Of a DNA stretch of 64,000 bases, positions 1 to 9,083 are shown piece by piece. This DNA is from Trypanosoma brucei (taxonomy: Eukaryota): assembly GCA_000002445.1 (NCBI GenBank), contig CP000068.1:288001-352000 (forward strand), given 5' to 3'. Made by a program: the position numbers and the translations under genes. Numbering within the stretch: the stretch's first letter is position 1; each line of letters opens with the position of its first letter. Below the pieces are notes generated by a model, which had not been told where the DNA came from, made no database searches, and saw nothing but the letters and a program-made list of their open reading frames with translations.

Positions 1-6
1 GATAAG

Positions 7-2760
7 GTGGAGGCCGTAAACGATGTTGGTCCCATTGATCCCGCCCTCAAGAGCAGCACCACTGAGTCGACGGGGAAGCCAAAGGGTAAAAAGAGTAAGA
101 AAAAGAAAGGCGATGTGGATGGAGCCAACATTAGCGGTGATGATGATGATGATGATGACGGTGGCATTCGCATTAACAAGCAGTATGCTGCAAAGTATGA
201 AGAGGTGAAGCGGCGGAAGGAGCTACAGCAGTTGACTCAAAAGTATAGCAACCGGCTTCGCGGTAATAACGGCTTGGGTGACTTGGAGAGCGATGAGGAG
301 GATGAGGAGGACGATGGGGCCGTGTTGTTGACGGAGAGTAAGGAGCTTGCCTTCGCCAAGACATTCCTTGCCATTCGTCAGGCTGGCCTTGCAAAGAAAC
401 GAAGTGGGAAACAAGCAAAAGGTTCAGACAGGAATGAGAACACAAAAACGGACTCCAGTGTGAGTGATGCCGACGCTGAAAACAAAATTCTGCTTAACAC
501 AGAGCAGCGCTTCTTTCCGCCTCCAGAGGAGCAGGTGCGGGAGAACACGGAGGTATTTGCCAAGGCGGTGGCGACAAAACGCGAGAAGCGGAACAAGTTT
601 ACTTTGGCTGACGAATACCGCCGCGGAGTTGTAATGAGTGCCGAGAAGGGTGGTGCCAATGAGAAGGATGATGGTGAGGATGTTGGCAAGGATGAAAGTA
701 CTTGGGGAAGTCGCCGCATCCAACCACAAAGTGAAAAGGAAAGGAAGTTGCGCGAGTCGTTCCTGCAAAGTGTGGCGGAGAGCGGCGAGTCGTTCTCCGT
801 GAAACCCGCCTTTACGCCACCAGCGGACCAACAGCAGAGCAATGAGGAGAGCGAGGCTAAGCGGTTACTTGCAGGGGCCTTTTCGATCCGTGCCCCCAAC
901 CGCGATGGTGCGACAACCGACGGTGATGACGCATCCGCCAATCACGATGCCGATGAGGAATTCCTCCGTGATTTCTTTGTGGAAGAGCTTTGGAAGCCTG
1001 AGAATAACCGTAAGGTCGGAAAGAATGGAAGTAAAGCTTCGCGCCGCAGCAGTGTGACGGCGGAGGACGGGCCTGAACCTGCAGATGGCGGCGAAAGTGG
1101 TGGAAACAGCGCGAGCGATTACGAGGATTATGAAGAAGGAAACAACTATGCGGCTCTTGCGGAATTAGCACAGGCTGAAGAGGACGAACGTTTTTTTGCG
1201 GAGGCAGAGGTGTGGGAACGCAAGTTTCAGGAGCGCGCATATCGCCATCAGGAAGAGAACGCCGACCACGTTCAATCTTTTCCTCGTGCCGTTGGCAGTA
1301 ACGCCGAGGGCCTGCTGCGGAAGACAGCACAATCTTCTAGGAAGGAGGCTCACCTAAGACGACTGACGCGGATGCGGGAGTTGCGCGAGCAGCAGGTGGC
1401 AGAGTTGCGGCGGCTCAAAACGCTAAAGAGACAAGAGATTGAGGAGCAGCGGGCGCTTATCGCCTCCATTGCTGGTATTTCCAGAGAGAAGAGACAAAAC
1501 CACAGGGACGTCAAAGTCTCAGGCGGTAAACCGTCCGATGATGAAGATGCTGCGGTGAGACGCCTCATGTCTCTGTGGAGTGAGAAGGACCTAGATGAAG
1601 ACTTTGACCCCAGTAAGTTCGATTCCAAGATGTCTAAGATATTCGATGATAATTACTACGATGAAAAAAATGTGGATGAGGAGGAGATAGCCTTCTTCGA
1701 GGATGAAGAAGACATAAATGGTGTGGGAGAGCCTGAAGGACAGGGGGAGGAGAACGAGGTGTACAAGCAGCAGCTCGAGGACGGAGAGTCTGTTGAGGAG
1801 TCATTATTAGGTGGTGGAGGTGTGGCAGGGAAGGGCGTTGAATTGGCCGCAGACGATGCGATGGAGTTGCTGTACCCAACAGTGACAATGCCGGAGCTGG
1901 AAGAAACCCCAGCAACAAACTCGCGCGAGCAAATCGAGCGCCTGCTGCGACAGCAGAAAAAGCAACCAGGTGCCACTGATCCCGATGAGGTGCTTGAACA
2001 GTTGCAGACAACTCTTAAGCAAAAGGAGAAGGAGTATTGGCAGCTGCATCACGAGTCCACACTCGACGGGGGTTCCCTAAAGACCCGCTTCAAGTACCGT
2101 CGGGTGGTTCCCGAAAACTTCACCCTATCCGTCGAAGAAATTCTTGCGCAAGATGATCGGCAACTCAACATGCTCGTCCCCATGAATTGCTATGCCGCTT
2201 ACCTTTCTGCAGAGGAGAATAGGAGGGATCGCATTAGGGCTGACAAACGGCGGCGTCGGGGATTCCGTGAAATTGACTCCTCCCGCAGTTCCCGCCGCTA
2301 TGGGGATGTATCTAAGACATCTCTTGTGGATCCTAATATGAAGGAAGAGGAAGGAGAGAAGTGGGCGGAAAATGTCCGCAAATCTCTGCGCCGCTTACGG
2401 CAGGGGATGGGCTTAGATCACGAGGATTCCCTTGAAGATGAAAACAACCCCGGGGACAATATGACGAGGAGCGGGAAACGCGGTAAATCGAATAGGGGAG
2501 GTGATAGCGACAATCGGGGGCTGAATGGAAGTACGCTTGGATATCAGCAAAAAGACCTCAGGCACCAGAAAGGTGAAGGACAACGAGGAAATATTGGGGT
2601 GCGTTCCGATAGGGAAGGGGAAATACGGGAATTCCCACGGCATCCTGGTGGCTCACGAAAGCGGCAACTTGATGATGCCGATGAACGCGATTTTGGGGGT
2701 AGCGGTGGAGCTGTTGAGGGGCGACGGCGTGGCGTGGCGTCTAAGCCTCGTCACGAGTAA
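7..2760 (+). CDS. KRI1: KRI1-like ribosome-biogenesis protein, 5'-truncated by the window edge. It is acidic and low-complexity and carries a Kri1 C-terminal domain.
   Basis: Long open frame running from the window edge. Poly-Asp and Glu/Lys-rich N-terminal part. C-terminal segment RFKYRRVVPENFTLSVEEILAQDDRQLNMLVPMNCYAAY resembles the Kri1_C signature (FKYReV.P.sfGLt.eEIL.AdD..LNq). The upstream start lies outside the window. Confidence 0.55.
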   Translation: MEAVNDVGPIDPALKSSTTESTGKPKGKKSKKKKGDVDGANISGDDDDDDDGGIRINKQYAAKYEEVKRRKELQQLTQKYSNRLRGNNGLGDLESDEEDEEDDGAVLLTESKELAFAKTFLAIRQAGLAKKRSGKQAKGSDRNENTKTDSSVSDADAENKILLNTEQRFFPPPEEQVRENTEVFAKAVATKREKRNKFTLADEYRRGVVMSAEKGGANEKDDGEDVGKDESTWGSRRIQPQSEKERKLRESFLQSVAESGESFSVKPAFTPPADQQQSNEESEAKRLLAGAFSIRAPNRDGATTDGDDASANHDADEEFLRDFFVEELWKPENNRKVGKNGSKASRRSSVTAEDGPEPADGGESGGNSASDYEDYEEGNNYAALAELAQAEEDERFFAEAEVWERKFQERAYRHQEENADHVQSFPRAVGSNAEGLLRKTAQSSRKEAHLRRLTRMRELREQQVAELRRLKTLKRQEIEEQRALIASIAGISREKRQNHRDVKVSGGKPSDDEDAAVRRLMSLWSEKDLDEDFDPSKFDSKMSKIFDDNYYDEKNVDEEEIAFFEDEEDINGVGEPEGQGEENEVYKQQLEDGESVEESLLGGGGVAGKGVELAADDAMELLYPTVTMPELEETPATNSREQIERLLRQQKKQPGATDPDEVLEQLQTTLKQKEKEYWQLHHESTLDGGSLKTRFKYRRVVPENFTLSVEEILAQDDRQLNMLVPMNCYAAYLSAEENRRDRIRADKRRRRGFREIDSSRSSRRYGDVSKTSLVDPNMKEEEGEKWAENVRKSLRRLRQGMGLDHEDSLEDENNPGDNMTRSGKRGKSNRGGDSDNRGLNGSTLGYQQKDLRHQKGEGQRGNIGVRSDREGEIREFPRHPGGSRKRQLDDADERDFGGSGGAVEGRRRGVASKPRHE

Positions 2761-3264
2761 AGTGCAATATGCAGCCGAAGCTGTTGTTTGTCGTTTTTAA
2801 CTAGCGCCAGAAGTGCTTGGTCTAACACGGTTAATAAAAAGAGTGATAAGCAAACAGTGTTAATTACAAAAAAAAAATAATGGTTAGTTCGTCGTGTGGT
2901 GTGCTTGATTCCAAGCGCCATTATGGAGCATCATCACTGTATAGAGTGAATGTTTGCGGTGGCGATATTCCATTAGCTTTGCTTCTTTTGCTCTGATTCA
3001 ATCTCTTGTGGACTTCTTTGCTGTAATGACGCGAAACCTAGAGGGGTTGCAGTGTAATTGGTACATAGAGTACATAGGAGTGTTTCAGAGGAAGCGTGGA
3101 GACCGTAGTAGTGAGCACCCGCACCACTACGAGCGGTAAACCAAGGAGTTAGGCGTTCACGTGTGTATCGGTGGAAAAAAAAGTACCGGCAACCCCAGCC
3201 ATATATAAATAGGCGTAAATCCCATTTGCTGCTATACAAGAGAAGGAAAGGGTGCGTTGCGCCA

Positions 3265-4440
3265 ATGAGCGCCCAGGTGCCCAATCGAGGCGACTCACAA
3301 GACTCAATGGATAATGTCACCCTCACGTCGGAAAGGTTGCTGTGGACGGCACGGACTGTTACCGGTCTCAAACAACCAGCAACGACTGCTGTGAGCGACG
3401 GAAGCGGTTGTGAAACGAGCGGCAGCGGCGCTGCTGGTGGCACTGGAGGGTTGACAGAGCCGACAGATTCTCCTGCAACATCGGAGTGCACTCTAACGTG
3501 GAACTCGCTCATGACGGCGGTGTTCCAGCAGCAGGTGAACGAAATGCGGTCGCAGAGGGCTGCAACCAAGAGAACACGGAGCGACGACCGGGTTTCACAG
3601 GACCGAATTTTCTGTTTAGGTGAGGAAGAGGGAAGAAACTCAATACCGCTGGACGCGCAACGCACCGGCAAATGCCACCGTCTGGACTTAACTCCTTCCA
3701 CTGTGCGTGCCCATGCGCCGCAATCTGCAGGTGGCGAAAGTATGCTCTCACCCGAAGGTGTGCAGCGGCGGCTTTCGCTCCACCTGTTGGGTCGGTTGAG
3801 CAGCTCCCTACCGACCCTTACGGAGCAATCTCCAGTTGCAGCAGTTGCACAAGGCCGCAACTCAACATCATCCATTGCTTCCGTTCCCGGCACCGCAGCT
3901 TCAGCTTCCGCACAGCCCCGACCGCCTACGATAGGGACGCCAACCCCCACACCGTTACGGCGGTACGGCGACCCTTCGTCTCAAATGTCACTTCTTCAGG
4001 ACACGGACCCACCGACGGAGTCACGACCTCTTTTATCTCAGCCCGGACGCTCTATTCCGAGTCCAAGCACACCTCTATGGGCCACACAGGATGAGGCTGG
4101 AGACGAAGGGGTGCTGTTGGATGAACTCGATGGAAATATCATTGCTACCGACGACAACAACAGCAACACTTTGAATGTTGGTAACGACGATGATGATATT
4201 ATTGTGCGAGTGCCGCTGAGACGGCGCCCACTTTCACTGCAAGTGTCTTCATTGCCCTTCATGTCCTTCCCTGATACTGCTGCGGCCCTGCAGGTGCGGG
4301 AAGGTGGGGATCGGCAGCTGGAAGGCCAGGGCCGGTCGGAGGCCGGGCGGCGAATGAGCGTTGAGGAATGGGCCCAGCAGATGAATGAGTTTTTTACTCG
4401 TGTCGATGAGCGAACGCTTCACACGATTTCCATTGACTGA
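3265..4440 (+). CDS. hypothetical Ser/Pro/Thr-rich protein with no recognisable domain
   Basis: The ORF track starts at a GTG (3163); the first ATG is 3265 (MSAQVPN...). The frame is long and unbroken, on the + strand like its neighbours, with a low-complexity composition. Confidence 0.4.
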   Translation: MSAQVPNRGDSQDSMDNVTLTSERLLWTARTVTGLKQPATTAVSDGSGCETSGSGAAGGTGGLTEPTDSPATSECTLTWNSLMTAVFQQQVNEMRSQRAATKRTRSDDRVSQDRIFCLGEEEGRNSIPLDAQRTGKCHRLDLTPSTVRAHAPQSAGGESMLSPEGVQRRLSLHLLGRLSSSLPTLTEQSPVAAVAQGRNSTSSIASVPGTAASASAQPRPPTIGTPTPTPLRRYGDPSSQMSLLQDTDPPTESRPLLSQPGRSIPSPSTPLWATQDEAGDEGVLLDELDGNIIATDDNNSNTLNVGNDDDDIIVRVPLRRRPLSLQVSSLPFMSFPDTAAALQVREGGDRQLEGQGRSEAGRRMSVEEWAQQMNEFFTRVDERTLHTISID

Positions 4441-4565
4441 GCGCCAGCGGCAGCATTCTTGTCAGATGAAGTAGAAGGCTTCACATTTGATGGATATGTC
4501 TGTTGCCGTGGGTGCGGAAAGGAGATCGGTGGACCGTAATCTGGTCATTGCAAAGCAAGTTGCCA

Positions 4566-4597
4566 TCATGTCACATCACATCACATCACATCATATC
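4566..4597. repeat. (ATCAC)n pentanucleotide microsatellite (tcacatcacatcacatcacatcatatca)
   Basis: Read directly from the sequence. Confidence 0.8.
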
Positions 4598-6238
4598 AGT
4601 TTTCAATTATACTTCGGTTGGTGCACATCTGACGTTGGCTGTGATAGTGCGGGTCCTGTTCTCAGGTGGTGGGGTTCACGTAGCACATACAGATAATTAT
4701 ACGAAAAGTAAAAGAAAAAAGCAAAAAGAAGCAGACAGAGAATGCTGGTTTACCGTCTGTGAATACGAAGTTTGGATATGGAGGTGACGCAAGGGGTAGA
4801 GGAAAGGAAGGGAATTCCTCTTTCTCTTTTCCTGTTTAAGGCATGGACACAGCTGACATATCAAAAAAAAAAAAAGAAATTAGATGCAAAAGAGGTGTAC
4901 GATATGCCATTATAGAGTTTTGCAAAGGTAATGCGGGGCGTTATATATATATATATGTGTGTGTGTCGCCGCAGTTTCCACACCTGGTGCCTCGGGGTTG
5001 AACCCCTTCAGATAAGCGGACGTGAGTGGAAATGTGAGACTGCAAATGAGAACTTCACCAGATGTCGCAAACAGTTTCACCCAACCATCCTATATATATA
5101 TATATATATATATATATACGCATGTTGATATATTTATTTATGTGTTCACTTGTGTAACAAAACATGCTGTTTCCCTCCCCCCGTGTATTCAGATAGAGCC
5201 CGGGGAGTATTGCACACTTGTACGAAAAAGGTTTGTGTCTTTGCATTGGCATATACGTATATATATATATATTGTGTCTACTGTCTTCAGCGGGTGATCT
5301 CGCATCTAGATTGTACCTCTGCATCTTATCATTTCACAGCTGCTACGCGAGCACTTTTCCCCTTTTATTGTTGCCGCTATCGTTTTAATGCCTTTTCCCC
5401 CTATTGATATGTCTCTTTACTTCTTTAAAAATAGGAGGGAAGTTTCTTTCGAGGCGTTTCTACAGGGTGAAAAACTGGTCTCATGTTTATGATCGCAACA
5501 TCTCTTTTACTTTGTGTTGTTACTTCTCCAAGTTACCGCTCCGCGGCGCAGCACGTAAAGCGTAACCGTTGAGTGGGAACTTGTGGAAGCAACAAGGCAG
5601 AAAGAATCACCTGCTGCTGACGTCCTGTTGAATTAAATATATCTTTAAGCTCCGACACTGTACCGAGGAATGGAAAGGCCAAACATATCATGATCCCCTT
5701 CGCGCACCTGCAGAAGGGGAGTAGATGTATTTGTTTGGTTCTGTTGTGTTGTGTTGTGTTCTGTGAGGAGTTACTTTTGTGCGGCGGATAGAAGTTGACG
5801 TATTAGGCACACCTACAGGTGATATGGTGTTTTCTGTCCCTTCCCTGTATTAAATAAGGTGGTGTGTTTCCTATTACCTTTCACCTTTCCGAACTTTGTT
5901 TGTTCGCACTGGTTTTCTTCTTTTACGGTTTATTTGTTCTTAACCTTCTGACCTTTCTGGTGCCGCCACTGTGGATTTTTCTTTTGTTCATCTGTTTTTT
6001 CTTCCTTTCCAAAGTTTGTGGCGAGGGGCGTGTGAGTGGGGGAGGGCGCCAAGTAGAGCACAAGCGCACTCCGTACGGGTGCGGCGAATCGCCTCTAATT
6101 CCCTCTTCAGTATTTTTGCCCCACCACTTCATTCGTACACTTAACGGTGGGCGTCTGTGAGTACGAAGGAGGAGAAAGCACATTCAGAACAAAAGCGGGT
6201 GATAATACACCGTAGAGTGTTTGTATATTTGTGGGCAT

Positions 6239-7018
6239 ATGCGCAACCGATTTGTTCGCATCTCATTTTCCTTGGCGCTCCTGATAGCAGCCTTTTTGGC
6301 AGCGAATGCTGGCAGTGCTACCAATGCCGATAATGAAGCGACCGACTACAGCAGCCACCGCTACAAATATCTTGAAATGCTAAAGGAGGCGGATTTGAAG
6401 CAAATGCTGCACGAGAAGGGGGAGGCTTTCCATCACCTGCGGTCGAAGCGGGAACTTATTCTCGCCGTTTTGAAACTCGAAAAGCGTGAGGAGGCACTCC
6501 GCAAGGCTCGGGTAACGGATACCGTGCAACATGAGGTGCGTGTGGAGTACTGCTCCGGATGAGGATACCGGCGGCACTACGAGGAGGTCGCTGAAAGCCT
6601 CCTTCGAAGCTTGCCGCCGGAATTAAGAGAGCAGCAGAAAGGAAAGAAGCCGTTTATCAAGTTTGTTGGAGTTGTGTATTCTGTAGGAGCCTTTCGTGAG
6701 TTCATTGGTAACATTCTTAGCACAGGGTTCCTCGCCTCGATTGCAATTAGTTTTTTTGCCCCATTTTTGAGGGGCGCGCTCCCACCTCACATTGCTGAAT
6801 GGATTGAGCAGCACCGCGGAATGGTCGTGGGAGCGGGATTTATGATGAACATGGTAGCGTCAAGCTTGCTTCAATCTGGTGCCTTTGAGGTATATCTCAA
6901 TGGCTCACTCATCTATTCGAAGCTAGAGACAGGAGCTGTGCCAACTGCGGAGACGCTAGCAGACCACATCCTGCGCCAAATTATCTCTGGTACAGCAGCA
7001 GGAACGAGGACCGCATAA
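6239..7018 (+). CDS. SELT: Selenoprotein T (SelT), a thioredoxin-fold selenoprotein. The in-frame TGA at 6560-6562 is read as selenocysteine in a CxxU motif.
   Basis: ORFs 6221-6562 and 6611-7018 are in the same frame, separated by a single TGA and no other stop. Read through, the translation is ...VRVEYCSGUGYRRHYEEVAESLL..., which matches the human SELENOT redox motif CVSUGYRRVFEEY. Downstream, SGAFEVYLNGSLIYSKLETGAVPTAETLADHIL matches TGAFEITLNDVPVWSKLESGHLPSMQQLVQIL. N-terminal signal peptide (MRNRFVRISFSLALLIAAFLAANAGSA). The real ATG is at 6239; the ORF-track start at 6221 is TTG. Confidence 0.8.
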
Positions 7019-8466
7019 GGAAAGAAAACTGCTCAGGTGAAGGGTGCCACAAACCAACAAAAGCAGTAAATAACAACCCTCACCCTGACCTCCACAGGGG
7101 CGTAATGCAACTGACATGCACAAATGCGCATACATATTCGAACGCACATGTATGCGCGGGTGGTTACGGAGTTCTTATTTCGCGTATGCAGGGTAAGACA
7201 TGCCGTACCGTGGCCACGCGAGAAAACGGGCAACACCACCGGAAAATACCGAGATTGAAGAAGAAATGCAGGTATTAAGGGTCCTCATTTCTATTCATTT
7301 CATTTTTATGGTGCCGAAAGTCGGCTGTTTTTTTTCTTTGGTTCGTAGTTTTCATCCACAAGTACCACTGCGTTCTCTCCATGTTTCTTCATTCCCCCCT
7401 TTTCTGTCTGTGTCGCCTTATTTATATGACGAGGCGGAGGATCAAAACCCGTCTGTGGTGCCTCCCCTTTGAATCTGTTGTCACCTCCCACCCACCCGGC
7501 AACCCGGCCACCTCCCACTTTCCCTTTTTCTTTTTCTTTTTCTTCTTCCTCTACTACAAAACTCCACTTGACTTGTGACTGTTCGGTGTGGAATCTCTAT
7601 GTTGAGGATTGCGGCTGAGCCAATAAAAAAAAAAAAATGAGGAGCATCACGAGTTTGGGGGAATTCGCTGCAGGTGGTGGTAGCGGTGAAGGTCGGTTGC
7701 CGTAATTAGGGCAAGTGTGTGGTGATGGGCGTAACAGACGGACTAGACGGAAGAAACGAAGGGATTTTTTTTTTTTTTTTTTGGGTTTTGAAAAGCGTGG
7801 TGCTTTTTTTTCTTTTGACTTCGACTGTGCGTATGTGCCTTGTTAGTGCGGGTAGCGAGACGGAGGCGGGGAGATGAGTGGAGGGGCTAAAAAGCCAAGG
7901 GAATAAAGAAAGCTGGTAATGTGTTTTATTTTTGAGGAGTGCTGCCGCAAAAAAAAAAAAAGAGATAAAGAAAGCACTTTGCGAAAGAGAAAATTTAATG
8001 ACCTTCTTGAAAAAAAAAGGGAACGAGTGCGTGTCAATAAGAGCAAGTGTGAGGCAGAGAAAAGGGATTAATCAGCAAGGGAAGCAACGAGATAGGTTTG
8101 TACAACACACAAAATAGCCGGTTCAAGCTAGAGTACATCCTCCAAGATGGACTTAAGCCCACTATGTTGTTAGCAAACTGTGTCTGCACCCAAATATGCC
8201 TTTAGCTCAACGCATTTTGTGCCTACTAAAATTAAAGCAGCCAAAATTTACAGTTCCTCCTTCACCGCACAACATTCAAACGATAACAGGATGCCAAAAG
8301 CATTTCTGCACTAACACAATAGCAGAAGCGACAACTAGACCTCCCAAAATGTCCATCGACTCTCATTCCCCATTTCTTTCATAATTCCCCCCCTCCTTAT
8401 ACGTACATGGAGAGTAAGTTAGCTACAAAAGAAATATGTCGACCACCCTGTGATACCGTTGACCCT

Positions 8467-8648
8467 TTCAGCGCAGTGATTCTTATATACTCTGTCCATC
8501 GTGCTTACGATATACGACTTACTTCTGTCCGTCTTTATGGTGAGCTTATTCACGAGTTCGACCCTTGGTTCAATTACCGTGCAACGCAGTACCTCAGCGA
8601 CAACGGGTGGCGTGCTTTTTTCCAATGGTACGACTACATGAGCTGGTA
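8467..8648 (+). pseudogene. Truncated relic of an STT3 coding segment (equivalent to STT3 residues ~61-121) at the 5' boundary of the STT3 array
   Basis: Positions 8467-8648 are near-identical to 9243-9424 inside STT3A (AVILIYSVHRAYDIRLTSVRLYGELIHEFDPWFNYRATQYLSDNGWRAFFQWYDYMSWY). The frame then breaks and runs straight into sequence homologous to the inter-copy spacer (8651 = 11951 = 15251). Confidence 0.65.
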
Positions 8649-9083
8649 CCTGTTTAGTTACTACACAGTCAGTTAACCTTTTTCCCTTCTGCCACTGTGT
8701 CGGGCGCAGGTTGGTGTTCCACTGGTAACACTCCGTCATAACCAGGCGTGCACGTACCCTCACTCCCTGAAATGTGTGACACCGTGGTAAGGCCAACAAT
8801 ATGTCTTATTGAAATACTTTCTGGTAATGATGTTGTTGAATATATGTATTGTTTGTCCCCAACCGTGTTTGTGAATGCTTCATCTCGCTTGTATGCACTC
8901 GACTCTCCTCTTTCCACCACTCTCCCTAATTTGCTCAACAGTTAAGTCTGTTGTTCATAAAAAACTACGAGGAAAATACGGAACCGGAGGGGCTCGTGAC
9001 CGGTGTTGCTCGCTGAGGGAACCGTGTGTGAGCGAAGTCTAATATAATATCCGATTCGTCCTTTGGGCGTTTCTTTCTGCTTA

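Noticed and set aside
378-941. 187-aa and other minus-strand ORFs inside the KRI1-like gene (also 1634-2011 and 2973-3950, the latter opposite the next gene)
   Set aside because: They are antisense to long, compositionally coherent + strand frames. Their Ser/Ala/Pro-rich translations are typical of the reverse strand of acidic low-complexity coding sequence.
6611-7018. Separate 135-aa ORF (MPPELREQQ...)
   Set aside because: It begins at a TTG, is in frame with 6239-6559, and is separated from it only by TGA 6560-6562. It is the C-terminal half of SelT, not an independent gene.
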